Positions 13,401 to 27,163 of a DNA stretch of 64,000 nucleotides are shown in pieces. The translations under genes were made by a program, and so were the position numbers. Source of the stretch: Amphiscolops sp. MND2022 (lineage: Eukaryota); the NCBI GenBank assembly GCA_964187785.1, contig OZ076409.1, positions 82,958,001 to 83,022,000 on the forward strand, written 5' to 3'. Under the pieces are notes generated by a model. The model did not search any database. It was not told the DNA's origin and saw only the letters and a list, made by a program, of their open reading frames with translations. Position 1 is the stretch's first letter; each line of letters opens with the position of its first letter.

Positions 13401-16400
13401 ACTAAACAAACAGAAACAACTCAATTAAATTTCCATTCCGACGATTTGCACGATGGAAGAGATGTTCTCAACGAAGCTGCTGTTTCTTCTTAAAAACACA
13501 GGATAAAACCTTACTTCGATGACAATTTACCAATTGGATTTTCCTAGGGACCCACAGATGCAGGATTGTTCAAATGTATTTCGAGTTGAAGAAAACCTTT
13601 GACTCCGATTCAGGATTGATTCCAACGAAAAATTGGAAGAGTTGATGATATTGGCCAAAAGGTTCTGACACATGATTGTGAAGAAAGTGATTACCGATGT
13701 CAGAAAAAGTGCAATGATTTCGGACAGGCTGTCTGTCGATTCAGGGTCTACCAACCGTGTGAAGAAACTTTTTTCGAACAGATATCACGTCCTCATTCAA
13801 AAGCGTTGAAGCTACTATGCCAAATTATATTGGTTAAGCCGAAATTGATGAAAAATGTGGAATCTAAACCATCGCACAAACTAACCGCGGGAAGGTACAT
13901 TTATGCTGCCGAAAAGGGGCGAGACTTTTTCTCCTGTTGTTCCCTCATTGTTTGCTATGCTGAAATGCAATTTCAATCGTCTTTTGTGTGACAAGATAAT
14001 GTCAGCTGCCTATTTAGTGAGTATGCGGCAGTAGAAGAGAGAGCAACTGTTGAAATACCAGGAAAATCATACTCAAAAGTGAAGTTACAGTAAAGTCCAT
14101 GAAGGATATAAAAATCTATGGGCCGAAATTAGCAGCGCTCAAGATTCCGACAGAAAGACCAATTCCGAACATGGGCAAACTAAATTCCGGTGCGGAGATA
14201 ATGATTTGTTCCCAACTATTGGCTTTCCTAATTCACAGCATGTTTGTCAATTGACACTCAACTGTCATAACGTCTCGGCAACGCGTTGTCCCCATGAGCA
14301 TTGCAAAACTGCAGTTTGTCGGACACACTTCAAGAATGAATTACAGAATTTCACCATTATCCCTGTAACTGGGAAAACTAAACAAGCAGAAACAACTCAA
14401 TTAAATTTCCATTCCGACGATTTGCACGATGGAAGAGATGTTCTCAACGAAGCTGCTGTTTCTTCTGAAAAACACAGGATAAAACCTTACTTCGATGACA
14501 ATTTACCAATTGGATTTTTCGAGGGACCCACAGACGCAGGATTGTTCAAATGTATTTCGAGTTGAAGAAAACCTTTGACTCCGATTCAGGATTGATTCCA
14601 ACGAAAAATTGGAAGAGTTGATGATATTGGCCAAAAGGTTCTGACACATGATTGTGAAGAAAGTGATTACCGATGTCAAAAAAAGTGCAATGATTTCGGA
14701 CAGGCTGTCTGTCGATTCAGGGTCTACCAACCGTGTGAAGAAACTTTTTTCGAACAGATATCACGTCCTCATTCAAAAGCGTTGGAGTTACTATGCCAAA
14801 TTATATTGGTTAAGCCGAAATTGATGAAAAATGTGGAATCTAAACCATCGCACGAACTAACCGCGGGAAGGTACATTTATGCTGTCGAAAAGGGGCGAGA
14901 CTTTTTCTCCTGTTGTTCCCTCATTGTTTGCTATGCTGAAATGCAATTTCAATCGTCTTTTGTGTGACAAGATAATGTCAGCTGCCTATTTAGTGAGTAT
15001 GCGGCAGTAGGAGAGAGCAACTGTTGAAATATCAGGAAAATCATACTCAAAAGTGATGTTACAGTAAAGTCCATGAAGGATATAAAAATCAATGGGCCGA
15101 AATTAGCAGCGCTCAAGATTCCGACAGAAAGACCAATTCCGAACATGGGCAAACTAAATGCCGGTGCGGAGATAATGATTTGTTCCCAACTATTGGCTTT
15201 CCTAATTCACAGCATGTTTGTCAATTGACACTTAATTGTCATAACGTCTCGGCAACGCGTTGTCCCCATGAGCATTGCAAAACTGCAGTTTGTCGGACAC
15301 ACTTCAAGAACGAATTACAGAATTTCACCATTATCCCTGTAACTGGGAAAACTAAACAAGCAGAAACAACTCAATTAAATTTCCATTCCGACGATTTGCA
15401 CGATGGAAGAGATGTTCTCAACGAAGCTGCTGTTTCTTCTGAAAAACACAGGATAAAACCTTACTTCGATGACAATTTACCAATTGGATTTTTCGAGGGA
15501 CCCACAGACGCAGGATTGTTCAAATGTATTTCGAGTTGAAGAAAATCTTAAAGTCCGATTCAGGATTAATTAAATCCAACGAAGAATTGGAAGAGTTGAT
15601 GATATTGGCCAAAAAGGTTCTGACACATGATCGTGAAGGAAGTGATTACAGATGTCATAAAAAGTGCAATGATTTCGGACAGGCTGTCTGTCGATTCAGG
15701 GTCTACCAACCGTGTGAAGAAACTTTTTTCGAACAGATATCACGTCCTCATTCAAAACCGTTGGAGCTACTATGCCAAATTATATTGTTTAAGCCGAAAT
15801 TGATGAAAAATGTGAAATCTATAAACCATCGCACGAACTAACCGCGGGAAGGTACATTTATGCTGCCGAAAAGGGGCGAGACTTTTTCTCCTGTTGTTCC
15901 CTCATTGTTTGCTATGCTGAAATGCAATTTCAATCGTCTTTTGTGTTACAAGATAATGTCAGCTGCATATTTAGTGAGTATGCGGCAGGAGTAGAAGAGA
16001 GAGCAACTGTTGAAATATCAGAAAAATCATACTCAAAAGTGAAGTTACAGTAAAGTCCATGAAGGATATAAAAATCTATGGGCCGAAATTAGCAGCGCTC
16101 GAGATTCCGACAGAAAGACCAATTCCGAACATGGGCAAACTAAATTCCGGTGCGGAGATAATGATTTGTTCCCAACTATTGACTTTCCTAATTCACAGCA
16201 TGTTTGTCAATTGACACTCAATTGTCATAACGTCTCGGCAACGCGTTGTCCCCATGAGCATTGCAAAACTGCAGTTTGTCGGAAACACTTCAAGAATGAA
16301 TTACAGAATTTCACCATTATCCCTGTAACTGGGAAAACTAAACAAGCAGAAACAACTCAATTAAATTTCCATTCCGACGATTTGCACGCTGGAAGAGATG

Positions 16401-19400
16401 TTCTCAACGAAGCTGCTGTTTCTTCTGAAAAACACAGGATAAAACCTTACTTCGATGACAATTTACCAATTGGATTTTTCGAGGGACCCACAGACGCAGG
16501 ATTGTTCAAATGTATTTCGAGTTGAAGAAAATCTTAGAGTCCGATTCAGGATTAATTAAATCCAACGAAGAATTGGAAGAGTTGATGATATTGGCCAAAA
16601 AACTTCTGACACATGATCGTGAAGGAAGTGATTACAGATGTCATAAAAAGCGCAATGATTTCGGACAGGCTGTCTGTCGATTCAGGGTCTACCAACCGTG
16701 TGAGGAAACTTTTTTGAACAGATATCACGTCCTCATTCAGAAGCGTTGGCGTTACTATGCCAAATTATATTGGTTAAGCCGAAATTGATGAAAAATGTGG
16801 AATCTATAAACCATCACACGAACTAACCGCGGGAAGGTACATTTATGCTGCCGAAAAGGGGCGAGACCTTTTCTCCTGTTGTTCCCTCATTGTTTGCTAT
16901 GCTGAAATGCAATTTCAATCGTCTTTTGTGTGACAAGATAATGTCAGCTGGCTATTTAGTGAGTATGCGGCAGGAGTAGAAGAGAGAGCAACTGTTGAAA
17001 TATCAGGAAAATCATACTCAAAAGTGAAGTTACAGTGAAGTCCATGAAGGATATAAAAATCTATGGGCCGAAATTAGCAGCGCTCAAGATTCCGACAAAA
17101 AGACCAATTCCGAACATGGGCAAACTAAATTCCGGTGCGGAGATAATGATTTGTTCCCAACTATTGACTTTCCTAATTCACAGCATGTTTGTCAATTGAC
17201 ACTCAATTGTCATAACGTCTCGGCAACGCGTTGTCCCCATGAGCATTGCAAAACTGCAGTTTGTCGGAAACACCAAGAATGAATTACAGAATTTCACCAT
17301 TATATCTGTAACTGGGAAAACTAAACAAGCAAAAACAACTCAATTAAATTTCCATTCCGACGATTTGCACGATGGAAGAGATGTTCTCAACGAAGCTGCT
17401 GTTTCTTCTGAAAAGCACAGGATTGAACGTTATTTCGATGACAATTTACCAATTGGATTTTTCGAGGGACCCACAGACGCAGGATTGTTCAAATGTATTT
17501 CGAGTTGAAGAAAATCTTAGAGTCCGATTCAGGATTAATTAAATCCAACGAAGAATTGGAAGAGTTGATGATATTGGCCAAAAAAGTTCTGACACATGAT
17601 CGTGAAGGAAGTGATTACAGATGTCATAAAAAGCGCAATGATTTCGGACAGGCTGTCTGTCGATTCAGGGTCTACCAACCGTGTGAGGAAACTTTTTTGA
17701 ACAGATATCACGTCCTCATTCAGAAGCGTTGGCGTTACTATGCCAAATTATATTGGTAAGCCGAAATTGATGAAAAATGTGGAATCTATAAACCATCACA
17801 CGAACTAACCGCGGGAAGGTACATTTATGCTGCCGAAAAGGGGCGAGACCTTTTCTCCTGTTGTTCCCTCATTGTTTGCTATGCTGAAATGCAATTTCAA
17901 TCGTCTTTTGTGTGACAAGATAATGTCAGCTGGCTATTTAGTGAGTATGCGGCAGGAGTAGAAGAGAGAGCAACTGTTGAAATATCAGGAAAATCATACT
18001 CAAAAGTGAAGTTACAGTGAAGTCCATGAAGGATATAAAAATCTATGGGCCGAAATTAGCAGCGCTCAAGATTCCGACAGAAAGACCAATTCCGAACATG
18101 GGCAAACTAAATTCCGGTGCGGAGATAATGATTTGTTCCCAACTATTGACTTTCCTAATTCACAGCATGTTTGTCAATTGACACTCAATTGTCATAACGT
18201 CTCGGCAAGGCGTTGTCCCCATGAGCATTGCAAAACTGCAGTTTGTCGGAAACACTTCAAGAATGAATTACAGAATTTCACCATTATCCCTGTAACTGGG
18301 AAAACTAAACAAGCAGAAACAACTCAATTAAATTTCCATTCCGACGATTTGCACGATGGAAGAGATGTTCTCAACGAAGCTGCTGTTTCTTCTGAAAAGC
18401 ACAGGATTGAACGTTATTTCGATGACAATTTACCAATTGGATTTTTCGAGGGACCCACAGACGCAGGATTGTTCAAATGTATTTCGAGTTGAAGAAAATC
18501 TTAGAGTCCGATTCAGGATTAATTAATTCCAACGAAGAATTGGAAGAGTTGATGATATTGGCCAAAAAGGTTCAGACACATGATTGTGAAGGAAGTGATT
18601 ACAGATGTCAAACAAAAGTACAATGATTTCGGAAAGGCTGTCTGTCGATTCAGGGTCTACCAACAGTGTGAAGAAACTTTTTTTGAACAGATATCACGTC
18701 TTCATTCAAAAGCGTTGGAGCTACTATGCCAAATTATATTGGTTAAGCCGAAATTGATGAAAAATGTGGAATCTATAAACCATCACACGAACTAACCGCG
18801 GGAAGGTACATTTATGCTGCCGAAAAGGGGCGAGACCTTTTCTCCTGTTGTTCCCTCATTGTTTGCTATGCTGAAATGCAATTTCAATCGTCTTTTGTGT
18901 GACAAGATAATGTCAGCTGCCTATTTAGTGAGTATGCGGCAGGAGTAGAAGAGAGCAACTGTTGAAATATCAGGAAAATCATACTCAAAAGTGAAGTTAC
19001 AGTCAAGTCCATGAAGGATATAAATATCTATGGGCCGAAATTAGCAGCGCTCAGGATTCCGACAGAAAGACCAATTCCGAACATGGGCAAACTAAATTCC
19101 GGTGCGGAGATAATGATTTGTTCCCAACTATTGACTTTCCTAATTCACAGCATGTTTGTCAATTGACACTCAATTGTCATAACGTCTCGGCAAGGCGTTG
19201 TCCCCATGAGCATTGCAAAACTGCAGTATGTCGCAAACACTTCAAGAATGAATTACAGAATTTCACCATTATCCCTGTAACTGGGAAAACTAAACAAGCA
19301 GAAACAACTCAATTAAATTTCCATTCCGACGATTTGCACGATGGAAGAGGTGTTCTCAACGAAGCTGCTGTTTCTTCTGAAAAACACAGGATAAAACCTT

Positions 19401-22400
19401 ACTTCGATGACAATTTACCAATTGGATTTTTCGAGGGACCCACAGACGCAGGATTGTTCAAATGTATTTCGAGTTGAAGAAAAGCTTAGAGTCCGATTCA
19501 GGATTAATTAAATCCAACGAAGAATTGGAAGAGTTGATGATATTGGCCAAAAAGGTTCTGACACATGATCGTGAAGGAAGTGATTACAGATGTCATAAAA
19601 AGTGCAATGATTTCGGACAGGCTGTCTGTCGATTCAGGGTCTACCAACCGTGTGAAGAAACTTTTTTGAACAGATATCACGTCCTCATTCAGAAGCGTTG
19701 GAGTTACTATGCCAAATTATATTGGTTAAGCCGAAATTGATGAAAAATGTGGAATCTATAAACCATAGCACGAACTAACCACGGGAAGGTACATTTATGC
19801 TGCCGAAAAGGGGCGAGACTTTTTCTCCTGTTGTTCCCTCATTGTTTGCTATGCTGAAATGCAATTTCAATCGTCTTTTGTGTGACAAGATAATGTCAGC
19901 TGCCTATTTAGTGAGTATGCGGCAGGAGTAGAAGAGAGAGCAACTGTTGAAATATCAGGAAAATCATACTCAAAAGTGAAGTTACAGTAAAGTCCATGAA
20001 GGATATAAAAATCTATGGGCCGAAATTAGCAGCGCTCAAGATTCCGACAGAAAGACCAATTCCGAACATGGGCAAACTAAATTCCGGTGCGGAGATAATG
20101 ATTTATTCCCAACTATTGACTTTTCTAATTCACAGCATGTTTGTCAATTGACACTCAATTGTCATAACGTCTCGGCAAGGCGTTTTCCCCATGAGCATTG
20201 CAAAACTGCAGTTTGTCGGAAGCACTTCAAGAATGAATTACAGAATTTAACCATTATCCCTGTAACTGGGAAAACTAAACAAGCAGAAACAACTCAATTA
20301 AATTTCCATTCCGACGATTTGCACGATGGAAGAGATATTCTCAACGAAGCTGCTGTTTCTTCTGAAAAGCACAGGATTGAACCTTATTTCGATGACAATT
20401 TACCAATTGGATTTTTCGAGGGACCCACAGACGCAGGATTGTTCAAATGTATTTCGAGTAGAAGAAAATCTTAGAGTCCGATTCAGGATTAATTAATTCC
20501 AACGAAGAATTGGAAGAGTTGATGATATTGGCCAAAAAGGTTCAGACACATGATTGTGAAGGAAGTGATTACAGATGTCATAAAAAGTGCAATGATTTCG
20601 GAAAGGCTGTCTGTCGATTCAGGGTCTACCAACCGTGTGAAGAAACTTTTTCCGAACAGATATCACGTCCTCATTCAAAAGCGTTGGAGCTACTATGCCA
20701 AATTATATTGATTAAGCCGAAATTGATGAAAAATGTGGAATCTATAAACCATCGCACGAACTAACCACGGGAAGGTACATTTATGCTGCGGAAAAGGGGC
20801 GAGACTTTTTCTCCCGTTGTTCCCTCATTGTTTGCTATGCTGAAATGCAATTTCAATCGTCTTTTGTGTGACAAGTTAATGTCAGCTGCCTATTTAGTGA
20901 GTATGCGGCAGAAGTAGAAGAGAGAGCAACTATTGAAATATCAGGAAAATCATACTCAAAAGTGAAGTTACACTAAAGTCCATGAAGGATATAAAAATCT
21001 ATGGGCCGAAATTAGCAGCGCTCAAGATTCCGACAGAAAGACCAATTCCGAACATGGGCAAACTAAATTCCGGTGCGGAGATAATGATTTGTTCCCAACT
21101 ATTGACTTTCCTAATTCACAGCATGTTTGTCAATTGACACTCAATTGTCATAACGTCTCGGCAAGGCGTTGTCCCCATGAGCATTGCAAAACTGCAGTTT
21201 GTCGCAGACACTTCAAGAATGAATTACAGAATTTCACCATTATCCCTGTAACTGGGAAAACTAAACAAGCAGAAACAACTCAATTAAATTTCCATTCCGA
21301 CGATTTGCACGATGGAAGAGATGTTCTCAACGAAGCTGCTGTTTCTTCTGAAAAACACAGGATAAAACCTTCCTTGGATGACAATTTACCAATTGGATTT
21401 TCGAGGGACCCACAGACGCAGGATTGTTCAAATGTATTTCGAGTTGAAGAAAATCTTAGAGTCCGATTCAGGATTAATTAAATCCAACGAAGAATTGGAA
21501 GAGTTGATATTGGCCAAAAAGGTTCTGACTCATGATCGTGAAGGAAGTGATTACAGATGTCATAAAAAGTGCAATGATTTCGGACAGGCTGTCTGTCGAT
21601 TCAGGGTCTACCAACCGTGTGAGGAAACTTTTTTCGAGCAGATATCACGTCCTCATTCAAAACCGTTGGAGCTACTATGCCAAATTATATTGTTTGAGCC
21701 GAAATTGATGAAAAATGTGAAATCTATAAACCATCGCACGAACTAACCGCGGGAAGGTACATTTATGCTGCCGAAAAGGGGCGAGACTTTTTCTCCTGTT
21801 ATTCCCTCATTGTTTGCTATGCTGAAATGCAATTTCAATCGTCTTTCGTGTGACAAGATAATGTCAACTGCCTATTTAGCGAGTATGCGGCAGGAGTAGA
21901 AGAGAGAGCAACTATTCAAATATCAGGAAAATCATACTCAAAAGTGAAGTTACAGTAAAGTCCATGAAGTATATAAAAATCTATGGGCCGAAATTAGCAG
22001 CGCTCAAGATTCCGACAGAAAGACAAATTCCGAACATGGGCAAACTAAATTCCGGTGCGGAGATAATGATTTGTTCCCAACTATTGACTTTCCTAATTCA
22101 CAGCATGTTTGTCAATTGACACTCAATTGTCATAACGTCTCGGCAAGGCGTTGTCCCCATGAGCATTGCAAAACTGCAGTTTGTCGGAAACACTTCAAGA
22201 ATGAATTACAGAACTTCACAATTATCACTGTAACTGGGAAAACTAAACAAGCAGAAACAACTCAATTAAATTTCCATTCCGACGATTTGCACGATGGAAG
22301 AGATGTTCTCAACGAAGCTGCTGTTTCTTCTGAAAAGCACAGGATTGAACCTTATTTCGATGACAATTTACCAATTGGATTTTTCGAGGGACCCACAGAC

Positions 22401-25400
22401 GGAGGATTGTTCAAATGTATTTCGAGTTGAAGAAAATCTTAGAGTCCGATTCAGGATTAATTAATTCCAACGAAGAATTGGAAGAGTTGATGATATTGGC
22501 CAAAAAGATTCAGACACATGATTGTGAAGGAAGTGATTACAGATGTCATAAAAAGTGCAATGATTTCGGAAAGGCTGTCTGTCTATTCAGGGTCTACCAA
22601 CAGTGTGAAGAAACTCTTTTCGAACAGATATCACGTCCTCATTCAAAAGCGTTGGAGCTACTATGCCAAATTATATTGGTTAAGCCGAAATTGATGAAAA
22701 ATGTGGAATCTATAAACCATCGCACGAACTAACCGCGGGAAGGTACATTTATGCTGCCGAAAAGGGGCGAGACTTTTTCTCCTGTTGTTCCCTCATTGTT
22801 TGCTATGCTGAAATGCAATTTCAATCGTCTTTTGTGTGACAAGATAATGTCAGCTGCTTATTTAGCGAGTATGCGGCAGTAGAAGAGAGAGCAACTATTG
22901 AAATATCAGGAAAATCATACTCAAAAGTGAAGTTACAGTAAAGTCCATGAAGGATGTAAAAATCTATGGGCCGAAATTAGCAGCGCTCAAGATTCCGACA
23001 GAAAGACCAATTCAGAAAATGGGCAAACTAAATTCCGGTGCGGAGATAATGATTTGTTCCCAACTATTGACTTTCCTAATTGACAGCATGTTTGTCAATT
23101 GACACTCAATAGTCATAACGTCTCGGCAAGGCGTTGTCCCCATGAGCATTGCAAAACTGCAGTTTGTCGGAAACACTTCAAGAGTGAATTACAGAATTTC
23201 ACCATTATCCCTGTAAATGGGAAAACTAAACAAGCAGAAACAACTCAATTGAATTTCCATTCCGACGATTTGCACGACGGAAGAGATGTTCTCAACGAAG
23301 CTGCTGTTTCTTCTGAAAAGCACAGGATTGAACCTTATTTCGATGACAATTTACCAATTGGATTTTTCGAGGGACCCACAGACGCAGGATTGTTCAAATG
23401 TATTTCGAGTTGAAGAAAATCTTAGAGTCCGATTCAGGATTAATTAATTCCAACGAAGAATTGGAAGAGTTGATGATATTGGCCAAAAAGGTTCAGACAC
23501 ATGATTGTGAAGGAAGTGATTACAGATGTCAAACAAAAGTGCAATGATTTCGGAAAGGCTGTCTGTCGATTCAGGGTCTACCAACAGTGTGAAGAAACTT
23601 TTTTTGAACAAATATCACGTCCTCATTCAGAAGCGTTGGAATTACTATGCCAAATTATATTGGTTAAGCCGAAATTAATGAAAAATGTGGAATCTATAAA
23701 CCATCGCACGAACTAACCGCGGGAAGGTACATTTATGCTGCCGAAAAGGGGCGAGACTTTTTCTCCTGTTGTTCCCTCATTGTTTGCTATGCTGAAATGC
23801 AATTTCAATCGTCTTTTGTGTGACAAGATAATGTCAGCTGCCTATTTAGTGAGTATGCGGCAGGAGTAGAAGAGAGAGCAACTGTTGAAATATCAGGAAA
23901 ATCATACTCAAAAGCGAAGTTACAGTAAAGTCCATGAAGGATATAAAAATCTATGGGCCGAAATTAGCAGCGCTCAAGATTCCGACAGAAAGACCAATTC
24001 CGAACATGGGCAAACTAAATTCCGGTGCGGAGATAATGATTTGTTCCCAACTATTGACTTTCCTAATTGACAGCATGTTTGTCAATTGACACTCAATAGT
24101 CATAACGTCTCGGCAAGGCGTTGTCCCCATGAGCATTGCAAAACTGCAGTTTGTCGGAAACACTTCAAGAGTGAATTACAGAATTTCACAATTATCCCTG
24201 TAACTGGGAAAACTAAACAAGCAGAAACAACTCAATTGAATTTCCATTCCGACGATTTGCACGACGGAAGAGATGTTCTCAACGAAGCTGCTGTTTCTTC
24301 TGAAAAGCACAGGATTGAACCTTATTTCGATTACAATTTACCAATTGGATTTTTCGAGGGACCCACAGACGCAGGATTGTTCAAATGTATTTCGAGTTGA
24401 AGAAAATCTTAGAGTCCGATTCAGGATTAATTAATTCCAACGAAGAATTGGAAGAGTTGATGATATTGGCCAAAAAGGTTCAGACACATGATTGTGAAGG
24501 AAGTGATTACAGATGTCAAACAAAAGTGCAATGATTTCGGAAAGGCTGTCTGTCGATTCAGGGTCTACCAACAGTGTGAAGAAACTTTTTTTGAACAAAT
24601 ATCACGTCCTCATTCAGAAGCGTTGGAATTACTATGCCAAATTATATTGGTTAAGCCGAAATTGATGAAAAATGTGGAATCTATAAACCATCGCACGAAC
24701 TAACCGCGGTAAGGTACATTTATGCTGCCGAAAAGGGCGAGACTTTTTCTCCTGTTATTCCCTCATTGTTTGCTATGCTGAAATGCAATTTCAATCGTCT
24801 TCTGTGTGACAAGATAATGTCAACTGCCTATTTAGCTAGTATGCGGCAGGAGTAGAAGAGAGAGCAACTATTGAAATATCAGGAAAATCATACTCAAAAG
24901 TGAAGTTACAGTAAAGTCCATGAAGGATATAAAAATCTATGGGCCGAAATTAGCAGCGCTCAAGATTCCGACAGAAACACAAATTCCGAACATGGGCAAA
25001 CTAAATTCCGGTGCGGAGATAATGATTTGTTCCCAACTATTGACTTTCCTAATTCACAGCATGTTTGTCAATTGACACTCAATTGTCATAACGTCTCGGC
25101 AAGGCGTTGTCCCCATGAGCATTGCAAAACTGCAGTTTGTCGGAAACACTTCAAGAATGAATTACAGAATTTCACCATTATCCCTGTAACTGGGAAAACT
25201 AAACAAGCAGAAACAACTCAATTAAATTTCCATTCCGACGATTTGCACGATGGAAGAGATGTTCTCAACGAAGCTGCTGTTTCTTCTGAAAAGCACAGGA
25301 TTGAACCTTATTTCGATGACAATTTACCAATTGGATTTTTCGAGGGACCCACAGACGCAGGATTGTTCAAATGTATTTCGAGTTGAAGAAAACTTTAGAG

Positions 25401-26474
25401 TCCGATTCAGGATTAATTAATTCCAACGAAGAATTGGAAGAGTTGATGATATTGGCCAAAAAGGTTCAGACACATGATTGTGAAGGAAGTGATTACAGAT
25501 GTCAAACAAAAGTGCAATGATTTCGGAAAGGCTGTCTGTCTATTCAGGGTCTACCAACAGTGTGAAGAAACTTTTTTTGAACAAATATCACGTCCTCATT
25601 CAAAAGCGTTGGAGCTACTATGCCAAATTATATTGGTTAAGCCGAAATTGATGAAAAATGTGGAATCTATAAACCATCGCACGAACTAACCGCGGGAAGG
25701 TACATTTATGCTGCCGAAAAGGGGCGAGACTTTTTCTCCTGTTGTTCCCTCATTGTTTGCTATGCTGAAATGCAATTTCAATCGTCTTTTGTGTGACAAG
25801 ATAATGTCAGCTGCCTATTTAGCGAGTATGCGGCAGTAGAAGAGAGCAACTATTGAAATATCAGGAAAATCATACTCAAAAGTGAAGTTACAGAAAAAGT
25901 CCATGAAGGATGTAAAAATCTATGGGCCGAAATTAGCAGCGCTCAAGATTCCGACAGAAAGACCAATTCCGAAAATGGGCAAACTAAATTCCGGTGCGGA
26001 GATAATGATTTGTTCCCAACTATTGACTTTCCTAATTCACAGCATGTTTGTCAATTGACACTCAATAGTCATAACGTCTCGGCAAGGCGTTGTCCCCATG
26101 AGCATTGCAAAACTGCAGTTTGTCGGAAACACTTCAAGAATGAATTACAGAATTTCACCATTATCCCTGTAACTGGGAAAACTAAACAAGCGAAAACAAC
26201 TCAATTGAATTTCCATTCCGACGATTTGCACGACGGAAGAGATGTTCTCAACGAAGCTGCTGTTTCTTCTGAAAAGCACAGGATTGAACCTTATTTCGAT
26301 GACAATTTACCAATTGGATTTTTCGAGGGACCCACAGACGCAGGATTGTTCAAATGTATTTCGAGTTGAAGAAAATCTTAAGAGTCCGATTCAGGATTAA
26401 TTAATTCCAACGAAGAATTGGAAGAGTTGATGATATTGGCCAAAAAGGTTCTGACACATGATTGTGAAGGAAGT
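1437..26474. repeat. Tandem array (macrosatellite), ~983-bp unit, ~25.5 copies
   Basis: The marker (C/A)ATGGGCAAACTAAAT recurs 26 times, at ~1437, 2405, 3388, 4370, 5352 ... 24005, 24991, 25974 (period ~970-987). The array ends abruptly after GAAGGAAGT at 26474. Confidence 0.98.
2785..3270 (+). pseudogene. Helitron-like Rep (rolling-circle initiator) C-terminal fragment, present in every satellite unit (one copy shown)
   Basis: Joined across frameshifts the unit reads (Q/L)THD(C/R)EGSDYRCHKKCNDFG.AVCRF..Y, then GETFSPVVPSLFAMLKCNFNRLLCDKIMSAAYL/SEYAAGVEERATVEI (AAGVEE in copies without the 3-bp deletion seen here). This fits the Helitron QxHxC...C...CRF block followed by the catalytic YxxxY motif. 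Confidence 0.55.
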
Positions 26475-27163
26475 TTCTCAAATGAACTGCCTCAAAAGTA
26501 GTTCCAGTGTGTGCAGAAACCTCATCCAGTCTAACGATGTTTTGAAATGCATCACATGTCACACATATGATGGTAATTGTTGACGCCACACACTGTCACC
26601 AACCAACGCCCACCGTCCGTAGGCATGCCTTTCGACGACGTATGCCGAATCCTTCTCCCCGACACCCGCGCTTCCCTAGGTTTGCAAACAAGGCGCTTAC
26701 CCAATTATGGAACTTTGGCTCTTTTGTTAGTTTGTGTCATTTTGAGTAATTTTTGCAACAAAAAACGCCGATGTTCCCGTCTAAAAGGCGTACTGAATAG
26801 AATAGCCTATTGTTTCGACGCAAAACTTCATACCACATTGTCACAAAAGGATCGTTTTATGGAGTAAGTTTAATTCATTTATGGTAATTGGATTCCTTGG
26901 ATAGAACATTGCGAATTTCGGAAAAAACCGCGGCTCTATTAGTTTGGAAATTGCACATGGAAAAACATTTTTATTTTATTTCAATTTATATACTTACCAT
27001 CGGTTTTAAACCAAGTGCTCGAACCAAAATAGAGTAGTAAACCAAAAATATGAGCGAGAAAGTAGATTCGAGGGTATTATTGTACAACCACCACACTATT
27101 TTAGAGCTTCTTTCAAAAGTCATTGGAATTAGTCAAAATACGTAATTTGGGCATTGTACAAAC

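Noticed and set aside
1402..26369. Dozens of near-identical short ORFs as a tandem gene family
   Set aside because: They are frames of one satellite unit, broken by variable frameshifts and stops, often with TTG/GTG starts, and no consistent intact gene is present.
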